Notes: generated by a model from the sequence alone, not told the origin. A stretch of DNA of 64,000 nt from Candidatus Fibrimonadales bacterium (GCA_009786285.1 WQTK01000339.1:8061-72060), one strand, 5' to 3'; counted from the first letter of the stretch, positions 1 through 9,221 are shown. A program made the numbers and translations.

Positions 1-1
1 C

Positions 2-373
2 AGAGAGCGTGTTTTGGAGCTTGGGGTGTCTCAAATAAGCGGAGGCTCGCGCACCGGCGTTGGAGGATATTCGGAAAAAATGGAAGATGACAATGTTCAA
101 TTTAAGGTTATGGATACTCGTTCTTTGGACGAGATAGTCACTTGGTTGATAGGCTTGGGTTATATTCCGAGTTTTTGCACAGCTTGCTACAGCAATGGGC
201 GCACCGGCGAGCGTTTTATGAGATTGGTGAAAAGCGGAAAGATAGCTGATTTTTGCAACGCGAACGCTTTAGCGACTCTGAAGGAGTATAGAGATAATTA
301 CGCAAGCGATAAAAGTATTTTCTCCATGATTCCTTCAAGCTCTGCGGCGGCGCTCTCCAAATCCCCGTTGTAA
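2..373 (+). CDS. hydG: [FeFe]-hydrogenase maturase HydG (radical-SAM tyrosine lyase), C-terminal fragment; the 5' end lies outside the window
   Basis: The frame is open from the window edge. It has the ThiH/HydG-type LGVSQISGGSRTGVGGY motif and the HydG-specific C-terminal CX2CX22C cluster (SFCTAC-22 residues-C, counted). Confidence 0.8.
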   Translation, partial: RERVLELGVSQISGGSRTGVGGYSEKMEDDNVQFKVMDTRSLDEIVTWLIGLGYIPSFCTACYSNGRTGERFMRLVKSGKIADFCNANALATLKEYRDNYASDKSIFSMIPSSSAAALSKSPL

Positions 374-873
374 ATTACATACTGGTATTTGCCCTTTGTC
401 AAAGCGAAGTCCATTTCTTTTTTAGCGTTTTCCATTCTTAGACTTAGCGTTTCTTCGGTTTCCGTTTTGCGCAAACGGAGCCTCGCTTCCAGTTCTTCCA
501 GGCTTGGCGGCAAAATCAAAATGCCTATTGCGTCGGGATAAACATTGTCAAAATTTATTTTTCCGAAAACATCCAAATCAAAAGCAACGTCTCTGCCTTC
601 CGCAAGCTTTTGCTCAACGAAAAACTTGGGAGTTCCATAGTAATTGCCGTGAACTTTGTTCCATTCAACAAGTTCGTTTTTGGCTATCATCCCCTTGAAT
701 TCCTCTTCCGTTTTAAAGAAGTAATGCACGCCGTCTATCTCGCCGGCACGGGGTTTTCTTGTTGTAGCGGAAACGGAATACACTATGTTCGGGAAATTCG
801 GCATAACCCTGTTCATCAGGGTTGTTTTTCCCGCTCCGCTTGCGGCGCTGAATACAATGAGGGTTTTAGGCAT
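298..873 (-). CDS. gmk: guanylate kinase
   Basis: Contains the P-loop SAASGAGKTTL, the TTRKPRAGEIDGVHYFF motif and WNKVHGNYYGT. The internal Met (MPKTLIVF) is the likely start rather than 915. Confidence 0.9.
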   Translation of the reverse strand: MPKTLIVFSAASGAGKTTLMNRVMPNFPNIVYSVSATTRKPRAGEIDGVHYFFKTEEEFKGMIAKNELVEWNKVHGNYYGTPKFFVEQKLAEGRDVAFDLDVFGKINFDNVYPDAIGILILPPSLEELEARLRLRKTETEETLSLRMENAKKEMDFALTKGKYQYVIYNGDLESAAAELEGIMEKILLSLA

Positions 874-1732
874 AAAGAGGCTCCACGTGAACTGTTGCTT
901 GCATTCCAAAATCATTCTCTATTTTATTCTCTATTATTGTCGCTATGCGATGCCCTTCTTCAATGCTAATTTCCCCGTCCAGACGAATGTGCATTGTAAG
1001 CTCATGGTGGCGCGCGTAATTGTGAACATGAATGTGGTGCAATTTGAGGTCGCCCAAATTGAGATTGTAAACAGCATCGTATATTTTTTCCGTAAGTTCC
1101 TTGCTGGGTCTTTCTCCCAAAAGTTTGTCAACTGTTTCTTTGGCAATTTTATAAGCTGCGTAAAGCAGCACCAGAGAGAGAATAAATCCGAGAACGCTGT
1201 CCATCCACCAGAATTCCGAGGCAAAGAGAATGCCTATCAAAACCGGAATTGAAGAAAGAGCATCGGAGCGATGGTGCCATCCGTCTGCTTTTATGGCTTC
1301 GCTATCGTATTTTTTTGCTATGTAAAAAGCATACCGCGCAAGCAGTTCTTTTATTGCAATGGAAGCGGCCACAACCACTATCGCAAGCGTTCCAAAATGC
1401 GCCTCTTGCCTGTTGCCAAAGCGTTCTATTGAATCTTTTGCGAATTCATAAGCTATAACGGCGAGCAAGAATGCTACGAATAGCGCGGCAATTTGTTCCC
1501 ATCTTCCATGCCCAAACGGGTGTTCTTTATCGGGTTTTTTGCTTGAGAATTTAATTGCGACTATTATAACTATGGATGTCAGCGAGTCGGATAAAGTGTG
1601 CCAGGCATCTGCGATAAGCGCTATTGAGCCGGTTATTATGCCTGTGTAGAATTTTAAGGCAAATAAAGCGGTGTTGACGATTATCGAAACAACGCTTTCC
1701 AAATAGCCTGCTTTGTCACGGTTGGAGATCAT
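866..1732 (-). CDS. cation diffusion facilitator (CDF) family divalent-metal efflux transporter
   Basis: Six predicted TM segments, the HTLSDSLTS and HRSDALSS metal-site motifs, and a C-terminal cytoplasmic domain. Confidence 0.85.
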   Translation of the reverse strand: MISNRDKAGYLESVVSIIVNTALFALKFYTGIITGSIALIADAWHTLSDSLTSIVIIVAIKFSSKKPDKEHPFGHGRWEQIAALFVAFLLAVIAYEFAKDSIERFGNRQEAHFGTLAIVVVAASIAIKELLARYAFYIAKKYDSEAIKADGWHHRSDALSSIPVLIGILFASEFWWMDSVLGFILSLVLLYAAYKIAKETVDKLLGERPSKELTEKIYDAVYNLNLGDLKLHHIHVHNYARHHELTMHIRLDGEISIEEGHRIATIIENKIENDFGMQATVHVEPLYA

Positions 1733-1735
1733 TTC

Positions 1736-2362
1736 TCATTTCCGTTTTTCTGCCTCAATTTCATTGATGGCTTTTTCCATTTTTTCTTTCAAAGCTTCCG
1801 GAACGTATTCAAGCATGTCATATCTATCTATAATGCCGTCAAAAAAAGAACCGGCTTTTATCGCTTCAAAGCACATCTCTTCCGTTTTGAGATTTTCAGG
1901 AACTTGCGCAAGCATATCACCGTCTTTTTTTACCGCTTCAAGGCACAGTCCCAAAGTCTTTAGCTTTGCCGGCACATACCCAAGCGCCATTCCGTCTTGT
2001 TTAACCGCTTCAAAGCACAAGTCCGCAGTCTTGAACTTCTCTGGCACATGCTCAAGCGCGCTGCCGCATTTCCTAACCGCCTCATAATACATTTCGACTG
2101 ATTTAAGGCTCTCCGGCACGTATGTGAGCGCCATGCCAAAAGGATCAGCCTTTATAGCCGTAAAGCACAGTTGTTCCGATCTAAGGTTTCTCGGCACATA
2201 TTCAAGCGCCATGCCATCTTGTTTAACTGCTTCAAGGCACACATCCGCAGTTTTGAGCTTTTCCGGGACGTATTCAAGTTCCATGCCGTCTTGCCTGACT
2301 GCATCAAGAGCTTGTTCTGCTGTTTCTATATCGTTCATGGCTTCTTCTCCAATTTTACTCAT
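1736..2362 (-). CDS. DUF4116-type repeat protein (6-7 repeats of about 30 aa)
   Basis: Repeated LEAVKQDGMALEYVPExLKTxxLC units are visible in the translation. Confidence 0.6.
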   Translation of the reverse strand: MSKIGEEAMNDIETAEQALDAVRQDGMELEYVPEKLKTADVCLEAVKQDGMALEYVPRNLRSEQLCFTAIKADPFGMALTYVPESLKSVEMYYEAVRKCGSALEHVPEKFKTADLCFEAVKQDGMALGYVPAKLKTLGLCLEAVKKDGDMLAQVPENLKTEEMCFEAIKAGSFFDGIIDRYDMLEYVPEALKEKMEKAINEIEAEKRK

Positions 2363-2377
2363 GGATTTATTATAACC

Positions 2378-2581
2378 TTAATATAGTAATTCCTCCATAG
2401 ACATATCCAAGCCATTTGCCAAGCGGCATAAGGCAAAAAATGTTGGAATTTGTTGTCCGCTTTCAAAAAGCGACACGCAATGCGTGGTTAAATCGCTTTT
2501 TTTAGCTAATTCTGATTGCGCAAGCCCAAGTTTTTCACGTTCAATGCGCAGCAGACATCCGAAGTGTTGGTTTTTTGTCAT
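2378..2581 (-). CDS. XRE-family helix-turn-helix transcriptional regulator
   Basis: The stretch LGLAQSELAKKSDLTTHCVSLFESGQQIP is a typical Cro/C1 HTH. Confidence 0.7.
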   Translation of the reverse strand: MTKNQHFGCLLRIEREKLGLAQSELAKKSDLTTHCVSLFESGQQIPTFFALCRLANGLDMSMEELLY

Positions 2582-2616
2582 AGTTGCAGAATATAGTGAA
2601 TAAATCCCAAAAAAAT

Positions 2617-2638
2617 GTCAACATATGTTTGCAAAATG
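2617..2638 (-). promoter_or_regulatory. 22-bp motif CATTTTGCAAACATATGTTGAC (read on the minus strand) upstream of the XRE gene; it contains the palindrome AACATATGTT
   Basis: It matches the two copies at 34943-34964 and 34974-34995 at 21/22 positions (manual alignment). Confidence 0.5.
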
Positions 2639-2681
2639 AGTAACCTGAACATTTGAGCAGTAGAAAAATGCTTAAAAATGT

Positions 2682-3014
2682 TTAAATTTGCCCTTTAACC
2701 TCATCCAAAATTTTCTGCAACCCTGCCATGACCATGCTTTTCGCGTCTGCTTCTGTTGGCGTTATATTGTCTCTGTTTTCTTTAACGTATTCTTGGTAGC
2801 AGCGTTTTTTAAACTCTTTGCCCAGTTTATCTCCTAAAAGTTCTTCTGCCGTTATGCCAAGCTCTATCAATTTTACAACGTTTTCATAAGAGAATTTTGA
2901 TTTTCCTCGAGCGACTTGGCCAATTAGGCTTGTTGAAGTCCCCAATTCTTCAGCAAGCTCCCTATATTTCAAGCCCGTTCTATGGGCAAATTTTGCAATA
3001 TCCAGCGTTTTCAT
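2682..3014 (-). CDS. HTH-domain protein (XRE-like)
   Basis: YRELAEELGTSTSLIGQVARGKSKFS is an HTH-like segment. Confidence 0.5.
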   Translation of the reverse strand: MKTLDIAKFAHRTGLKYRELAEELGTSTSLIGQVARGKSKFSYENVVKLIELGITAEELLGDKLGKEFKKRCYQEYVKENRDNITPTEADAKSMVMAGLQKILDEVKGQI

Positions 3015-3105
3015 ATCCTTTCTATCGGCAAAAAATGAATAAAAATGAAAAATAACGAATGAAATTAAAAATCCCCTCTTCTTTTACATTTTTATTTGTA
3101 TATTT

Positions 3106-3936
3106 GTGAGTATGAATGTAAAAAATAAAATTGGAGTGAAAAGCATAATTCTTATTTTTCTTGCTGTAACTATGGCTTGCGCCACCAAAATAGTTGCCAT
3201 ATTGGAAATAGTTCCCGCAGACGAGGCGGTGGATTTGAAAATCTCCGAATACCGCCACCTGACTGACGAGCTTCGCACTCAAGCCTTTGAAGCGCTCTCA
3301 CAGCCCGGTTTTGCGATACTGACACGAGACAACATAATATCGCTTATGCCTTCAGACGCTGATGAGGCAGCATGCTTTTCCGAGCAGTGCGCCGTGGAGA
3401 TAGGCAGAGCGATAGGGGCGGAGTATGTGACGCAGGGATTCATAGGGCGTTTCAGTGGAATGTTCACGCTAAATGTGGAGCTTTACGAGTCTATGAGCGG
3501 GAATTTGCTGGGCAGTTTTGTGACTGAGAGCAACAACATGATGGGTTTGCTCAGGGCAGTCAGGAAGAAAAGTCCGGGTTTGTTCGCAAATATAAATCCC
3601 AAATCCGAGGAAAAAAGCACCCAGCCGCAGCCGCACGTTGCGTTAAGCGTAATATCGGAGCCTGTGCCTATGCCTCAGCAGGCAAAAAAAACGAGTACCA
3701 TAGTTGCGGTGGCTTTGGATTTTCTGGGAGCGGCTATGCTTGGTTTCGGTATATACCAGCACATAAACGCCAACAGCCTGAACGACGAGTATGTTAACAT
3801 GCCTCAAAACCTGCCTCAAGAGCAATATGTCCGGGCTTTGCGAAAAGCCAATGACGCATTGGAAAGAAGAAACATAGGATACGCTGTTGGCGGAGCTTTG
3901 CTTGCGGCGGGGGTAGCGGTTCACATATGGTTTTAG
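3106..3936 (+). CDS. hypothetical exported or membrane-anchored protein
   Basis: N-terminal hydrophobic signal or anchor and two C-terminal TM helices. I recognise no catalytic motif. Confidence 0.45.
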   Translation: MSMNVKNKIGVKSIILIFLAVTMACATKIVAILEIVPADEAVDLKISEYRHLTDELRTQAFEALSQPGFAILTRDNIISLMPSDADEAACFSEQCAVEIGRAIGAEYVTQGFIGRFSGMFTLNVELYESMSGNLLGSFVTESNNMMGLLRAVRKKSPGLFANINPKSEEKSTQPQPHVALSVISEPVPMPQQAKKTSTIVAVALDFLGAAMLGFGIYQHINANSLNDEYVNMPQNLPQEQYVRALRKANDALERRNIGYAVGGALLAAGVAVHIWF

Positions 3937-3972
3937 AATTTCCCTTCACCACCTTAACAAGAGAGGTACAGC

Positions 3973-5445
3973 ATGAACAAACTTAGGTTCATCATTTTAG
4001 CATTCACAATCATTTTCCTCTTGTCTTGCTCGAGCGAATTTGATTCCGTAAATCACAATGGCAGCCAGGAGCAGTCTTCGTCCAGCGAGCTAGCAGCAGT
4101 GGTGTCTAGCAGCAGCAAGCAGGAGGCATCGCCGAGTAGTTCGAGTGAGCTAGTGGCGGCGGTGTCTAGCAGCAGCAAGCAAGAGGTGTTGTTGAGCAGT
4201 TCTAGTGAGTTAGTTGCGGCGGTGTCTAGCAGCAGCAAGCAGGAGGCATCGCCGAGTAGTTCGAGTAAGCTAGTGGCGGCGGTGTCTAGCAGCAGTGAGT
4301 TGGTGGTATTGTCTTCCAGTTCTGAAATAGTTAGCAGTTCCAGTAATACTCCGCCTCCCCCACCGCCAGCAGCACCCAGCGTAGTTCTTGCGGTAACGCA
4401 ATCATCAAAAAACATACTTATTTCATGGAATCCTATAAGCGAAGCGAATTCTTATGAAATATATCGTTCAACAAGTGAAACCGGAACATATTCGCTTGTG
4501 GGAACCGCTATATCTACATCTTACACAGATACTGGGCTTAACAAAACAACGACATATTACTACAAAATAAAATCGGTAAATAATAATGGCTCAAGCGAGT
4601 TTTCGAATTATGGTTCTGCGGTGACTAAAAATACTGTAAAAAAAGTAATTACCAAAGAATATTCTGTTGGCAACGGTCAAGCCTATACCTATAATGATGT
4701 ATTTCCAGCGACAATAGAAGTTTATGCTCTTGGAGCCGGTGGCGGTGGCCAAGGTGGGTATTACTGGAATGGCGGAGTTATGAAATCAGCTAGAGATGGA
4801 ACTGGTGCATCTGGTGGCGGTGGCGGAGCGGTTTATATGAAATTGACTGTATCTGAAATAGTGGATGTTGCCATAGATGTAGGTAACGCAAATGGAGGTG
4901 ACTTAGGAGGGTATGGGAATTGTGAGAATGCTGGCGGAGGCGTATTTAAAAATACAGGTGCGCAGTATACTTCTGGCCATTCTGGGCGTGATGGTGGAAC
5001 TACAAAAGTAGTTTGGGTAGCTAAAAATATAACTCTTACTGCAAATGGTGGCGGCGGCGCATGGCACTATGAATTAGAACGAGGTGATGGAAATATGTAT
5101 GCTGGAAGCGGCGGTAAAGCCAGTATAGTTTCTGCTATTACACTAGAAGATAGTGCAACTGCATTTGGAGAACCAGGTATGGATGGAGCTAATGAGGGCT
5201 GCATTCAAGGTCGCGGTGGAAATGCAGCAAGCATAAGCAAGGGTTATTACGCTTTTTTTGGTGGCGGTTTAGGAGGATATAAAACTTGTGGCAGTGGAGG
5301 TGATTATGCTTCAAATACTACTTATCATGATGCAGACATAGGAGCAGGTGGTACTGGTGGATGCGGTGATAGAAGCATTAGCTATGGTAGGTATGGCGGC
5401 AATGGCAAAGTTGTTATTGTTGTTACATACGAAGTAGATGAATAG
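3973..5445 (+). CDS. lipoprotein with a Ser-rich tandem-repeat linker, a fibronectin type III domain and a Gly-rich C-terminal domain
   Basis: Lipobox LLSC, four 20-aa SSSELVAAVSSSSKQEASPS repeats, a PPPPPP linker, an FN3-like segment (ISWNPISEANSYEIYRS...YYYKIKSVN) and GGGGxG-rich tracts. Confidence 0.7.
   Translation: MNKLRFIILAFTIIFLLSCSSEFDSVNHNGSQEQSSSSELAAVVSSSSKQEASPSSSSELVAAVSSSSKQEVLLSSSSELVAAVSSSSKQEASPSSSSKLVAAVSSSSELVVLSSSSEIVSSSSNTPPPPPPAAPSVVLAVTQSSKNILISWNPISEANSYEIYRSTSETGTYSLVGTAISTSYTDTGLNKTTTYYYKIKSVNNNGSSEFSNYGSAVTKNTVKKVITKEYSVGNGQAYTYNDVFPATIEVYALGAGGGGQGGYYWNGGVMKSARDGTGASGGGGGAVYMKLTVSEIVDVAIDVGNANGGDLGGYGNCENAGGGVFKNTGAQYTSGHSGRDGGTTKVVWVAKNITLTANGGGGAWHYELERGDGNMYAGSGGKASIVSAITLEDSATAFGEPGMDGANEGCIQGRGGNAASISKGYYAFFGGGLGGYKTCGSGGDYASNTTYHDADIGAGGTGGCGDRSISYGRYGGNGKVVIVVTYEVDE
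4081..4320. repeat. in-frame 60-bp tandem repeat, 4 copies (the last is diverged)
   Basis: Copies start at 4081, 4141, 4201 and 4261 and are nearly identical. They encode the Ser-rich linker. Confidence 0.9.
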
Positions 5446-5464
5446 CCAAATGCGCATCATTCAG

Positions 5465-5492
5465 GCAGCTTTCTGTTAAGGAGCTGCTTTTT
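5465..5492. terminator. weak hairpin plus T-run between convergent genes
   Basis: GCAGCT, an 11-nt loop, AGCTGC, then TTTTT. The stem is only 6 bp. Confidence 0.3.
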
Positions 5493-5516
5493 AGTTTGTA
5501 AAACCTTGACAAGCTT

Positions 5517-6182
5517 CTAATTAAAACAAGATGTTGATACAGGCGTTCCTTTTAGAGTAATGCAAGAACTGCGGTCTAGGTAATCGCAAAAGCCAGATGC
5601 TCTTATGCAATATGTATAATTTTCATACCCTTTACAAACTGAAACCTTTTTTCCTCCCACATCAATGCACCAATTCTGATTGTTAGGCTCACAACCAAAT
5701 GAAGAATTGCAATGTACAATAATAGTGCTTCCACTTCTGTAACCAGAGCAGTCTTCAGATGGAATTACAGTACCGCCATAAGCTTTGCAATGTTCAGACC
5801 GTACATAGCTAGTACATTCGGAACCTACTAGGCAATCAGATGTTGTATTGCAACCATCATCGTTACGAGTAAAATAATAAGGACAAAGATTCGCTATATT
5901 TACATCGTGGGATGTAGATATGGCTTCTTTAATTTGCCCGCCCAAATTTCTACAATCTTGAGTATCTATTATCTTGATGCCATCAATTTTATTGCAGCAT
6001 ACTTTATCTCGAAAAGTATAGCCGCTACAATACAGAGCTTTCTCTTTTTCTTTATCTACATAATCGTTGTCTTTTTTATTTCCACCGCTATCATCATTAC
6101 TACAAGCGAAAAATATTAATGCTATGGCAAGCCAAAGACTTTTTCGAGTGAAATTCTTACTAACCAAATTAGCCTCTACCAT
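5517..6182 (-). CDS. Cys-rich lipoprotein, hypothetical
   Basis: Internal start MVEANL..., lipobox FFAC, and many Cys residues throughout the mature part. Confidence 0.55.
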   Translation of the reverse strand: MVEANLVSKNFTRKSLWLAIALIFFACSNDDSGGNKKDNDYVDKEKEKALYCSGYTFRDKVCCNKIDGIKIIDTQDCRNLGGQIKEAISTSHDVNIANLCPYYFTRNDDGCNTTSDCLVGSECTSYVRSEHCKAYGGTVIPSEDCSGYRSGSTIIVHCNSSFGCEPNNQNWCIDVGGKKVSVCKGYENYTYCIRASGFCDYLDRSSCITLKGTPVSTSCFN

Positions 6183-6269
6183 AGGCTTTTGCAAAAACAT
6201 ATTTTGGTAAATCAGGTTCATTACATTGGAAATATAGAAAATTTAATCTTTGCTTGGAATGTCGATTCC

Positions 6270-6323
6270 AAAAGTGTCAAAAAAGTGTTTAAACACGTGT
6301 TTAAACACTTTTTTGACACTTTG
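6270..6323. repeat. perfect 54-bp palindrome centred on CACGTG
   Basis: Manual base pairing gives 27-nt arms with no mismatch. The palindrome explains the identical peptide VKKVFKHVFKHFFDT in the ORFs on both strands. Confidence 0.95.
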
Positions 6324-6395
6324 AAACCCCGTTTTTGCTTCAAAATAGCCGTTTTTAGCTTGGCATGTTTTTTGTCTTATATAATTTGCTATATT

Positions 6396-6716
6396 ATGGA
6401 CAAGGACTACTTCATGTTTTTGGGTCTTGACGGCAATAACCGGATTAGAATTCGTGTAATTACTGTGAAGGGCGAGGTAAAGAATTTCGTTTGTCAGTAT
6501 GAAGCATTGATAAACGAGATATGGATTCCGATTATTCGCTATGATTGCGCTCATGGTCAGTCTTTTCATAGGGACGTAATGCAGCCCAATGGAGACAAGG
6601 AGAAGCAATTTATAGCGATGGATTCCTTGGAAATAGCTTTGAGCTATGCAGTGTATGATTTAAAGTCTCGTTATGACTGGTATAGAGAAAGATTTTTGTC
6701 AAAAAGGAGAAAATAA
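6396..6716 (+). CDS. hypothetical small protein; the RYDxAHG...H motif is faintly reminiscent of DUF6516/TumE-type toxins
   Basis: The internal start MDKDYF lies downstream of the palindrome. The motif IIRYDCAHGQSFHRD is present. The family assignment is uncertain. Confidence 0.4.
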   Translation: MDKDYFMFLGLDGNNRIRIRVITVKGEVKNFVCQYEALINEIWIPIIRYDCAHGQSFHRDVMQPNGDKEKQFIAMDSLEIALSYAVYDLKSRYDWYRERFLSKRRK

Positions 6717-6717
6717 C

Positions 6718-6912
6718 ATGACAAATCATGAGAGAATAGTTCTTGACATAGAGCGCGCCGGCAAGCTTTTGCACTATCTCTTTGATAATCCTTCGGAAAT
6801 GGAAAAAATTCCCAGCGGTAGCAATATACGATTCGTGGATGATTTCGAAGATTCAAACACTATCTTGACAGCTTCAAATTCGCAAGATTTGCCGAAGTTC
6901 GTAATTTTTTAG
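6718..6912 (+). CDS. hypothetical 64-aa protein, tightly coupled to the preceding gene
   Basis: The ATG is 1 nt after the upstream TAA, and an AGGAG Shine-Dalgarno lies 8 nt upstream. Confidence 0.4.
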   Translation: MTNHERIVLDIERAGKLLHYLFDNPSEMEKIPSGSNIRFVDDFEDSNTILTASNSQDLPKFVIF

Positions 6913-7209
6913 CGAAATTCGCCACTTGTCAGAATCAGAATTGACCAGAATTCAGGGAATTTTCAGAATTTTCATGCCGAATGAAGTCGTATATCATCGG
7001 GGAAAGGTAGAAAAAAGCCCTTGGCTTTGTTTCGGTTCAATCGACCAATCTGATTGGAAACGGTAACAAAGAGGGCTCTATTGTAAATATAATAAATAAT
7101 TTCCCAAATATCAAATAAAATATGCTTAAAAGTATTCCAACTTAAAGTAGCTAAGAGCAAAAAATGCTTTTTTCCCGTTTTTTTCCCTTTATTTTGCGTC
7201 TAAGTATAT

Positions 7210-9219
7210 ATGGAGAACTTTATGGATTTAGAAAAATTTCCGCTATGGAAAATGGCGCTGCTTGCCAACCCCGACTCTTTTGGAGTCATGCCAGCCAATT
7301 ATGTGCCGGAATTGCCCCAAAACACTGCAAAAGAAAGCAAAATCGCCAAAAACGATGAAAAAAAGGCGAAAACTACGCTCTATTACACAATAATCAAAAC
7401 AGAGCTTTGCATAGACCGATACCTGAGTTTTTCCGAAAGCCTCGCCACGGCATGTTTCAGGGCTTCTGAAAACAAGGGCGAAAAGGTCTTTTTGCAGGGA
7501 AATGCGTTCCTGGCGAAGCTTGCGAGGTCGGTTTTTGAGAAAAACGGGAATCTTTTTGCCGATGCCTGCGAAGCCCATAAGGGCGAGAGCTACTTTTTGG
7601 AATGTGCCAAGGCTTTGGAGGAGCAGGGCTTTGCTCTTGTGGGCGGCGAGCTTGGCAGAAGCTCGTGGCTTGATTTGTACAAAGCGGTTTTGCTTTTGAC
7701 GGAAGAGTATTTGTGTACAAAAGGCGAAGTGACACTTGCGCAAATACACGTAATTGAAGAAAATTCAAGCGATTTGAAAATAATATTCGTGCCTGATGGC
7801 ATGGCTTGGGAGCAGGTACAAGATGCGGCGTTGCTGCCGCTATCGCCGGTGCCTTGTTCCAGCGATTTTCTTGCGATTGGAGCGAAGTTTTTTGATTTTT
7901 TAACCGAGAAAATGCCAAATGACATGGTATTCATGGAAAAGCTCTATCCCCTGCCGCTGCCCAACTCCTTTATAACAGCCATAATGGAGCCAAACAAGCT
8001 TGGCGCATACAAGGACAAAAAGATATACATAAGCCACCGCTTGGCTTTGGATTCGCTAAGAAATCCTTCTTCTCGTTTCCTTTTGCTCCTAGCCTTTCTT
8101 CACGAATACGGTCATTTTTTGGACGATGTGCTGCACGAGCGAGCCGGCATGGCTGGTGGCGATTCCGAAGGCGAAGAGGGCGAAGCTTTTGCCAATATGT
8201 TTATGGAGCATTACATGAATGAAGATTTAAAATTTGTAAATTTTGTGGCACCAAACCCCAAGGGAGAAGATTTGAGATTTGATATTGAGGCGAAAACTTC
8301 GGAGCACGATGAAAAGCAAAGGTTGCTTGACATTCATTTTAGCGTTATGAATTCCGTCAAAGACGCAGGAAGGTTGAAATTGCCATCTGGAGAAACGATA
8401 GAAAACGCCGAACTTTGGGGAATAGATGTTAAAGGCGGTGGACACGAGGATTTAACAGAGGAAGCAGCATTGGAAGTTGGATTTAAATTTGGCGGTTTAA
8501 ACGGCCAAGATTTGGAAGAAGGCTGCGCCTGGCCGGATGTTCCTTATGCAGAAGATATTTACAAAACAACTACTGCTTACGCTCACTTTGTGTGGATTTA
8601 TAGGCGGCACACAAAAAGCGGAATAACATATGAAGGAGATTTAGCTTACGAGAGCCATTTTGGAAAAAATCAGCATTGGCATTCAATGTGTCCTAAAGAA
8701 AAAGGGAAAACTTTCACCAATGAAGAGGTCAAAACGAAAATAATACAGCAGTTGCAAGAATGGTACAATGATGCAATAAAATTTAAAGAAAAAAACGGGC
8801 TATTTCATATAGGGAAAATGTTACATACCATCCAAGACAGTTATTGTTTTTCTCATTGCTGGAGAACTTTTAACAAATATAAGTGGTCCATATGGACTTT
8901 TCAGGGTTATGAAAAACAGAATTCTGATTTACATAGCGTAGCAGATCAATCTTTTGTAAAAAATAAATCTGGCAAGAAAATTCAAACTATAGGCTATAAA
9001 AAAGCATTGGAAGCTACTAAATTTATTTTAGGATGTTATAAAGAAAATTCCGGTTGGGAAAAATTGTATAAATATTTGAATGATTCCATTTATGTTATCC
9101 ATCCCGGCAGAGAATCCGTAATAGCAGGAGAAAGCCATTCCTGGTTTGAAAAAGCAAACTCGAGCCAAGAATCTCAAATTGAAAATCAATTATACGAACT
9201 CAGTCAAAAGGAGGCTTAA
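7210..9219 (+). CDS. large cytoplasmic two-domain protein: a zincin-like HExxH region plus a C-terminal Het-C / Zn-phospholipase-C-like region
   Basis: HEYGH at 8101-8115; GGGHEDLTEEAAL and LHTIQDSYCFSHCW (8824-8862) in the C-terminal third. There is no signal peptide. Confidence 0.55.
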   Translation: MENFMDLEKFPLWKMALLANPDSFGVMPANYVPELPQNTAKESKIAKNDEKKAKTTLYYTIIKTELCIDRYLSFSESLATACFRASENKGEKVFLQGNAFLAKLARSVFEKNGNLFADACEAHKGESYFLECAKALEEQGFALVGGELGRSSWLDLYKAVLLLTEEYLCTKGEVTLAQIHVIEENSSDLKIIFVPDGMAWEQVQDAALLPLSPVPCSSDFLAIGAKFFDFLTEKMPNDMVFMEKLYPLPLPNSFITAIMEPNKLGAYKDKKIYISHRLALDSLRNPSSRFLLLLAFLHEYGHFLDDVLHERAGMAGGDSEGEEGEAFANMFMEHYMNEDLKFVNFVAPNPKGEDLRFDIEAKTSEHDEKQRLLDIHFSVMNSVKDAGRLKLPSGETIENAELWGIDVKGGGHEDLTEEAALEVGFKFGGLNGQDLEEGCAWPDVPYAEDIYKTTTAYAHFVWIYRRHTKSGITYEGDLAYESHFGKNQHWHSMCPKEKGKTFTNEEVKTKIIQQLQEWYNDAIKFKEKNGLFHIGKMLHTIQDSYCFSHCWRTFNKYKWSIWTFQGYEKQNSDLHSVADQSFVKNKSGKKIQTIGYKKALEATKFILGCYKENSGWEKLYKYLNDSIYVIHPGRESVIAGESHSWFEKANSSQESQIENQLYELSQKEA

Positions 9220-9221
9220 GT

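Noticed and set aside
4081-4320. Regular 60-bp repeats that could be mistaken for a CRISPR array
   Set aside because: The units are directly tandem with no spacers. They are in frame within a long ORF and encode a Ser-rich peptide repeat. No cas genes are present.
6189-6395. The N-terminal extension of the 175-aa ORF and the opposing 121-aa ORF (6243-6608)
   Set aside because: Both run through the 54-bp palindrome and so share a mirrored peptide. The downstream Met at 6396 gives a more plausible gene.
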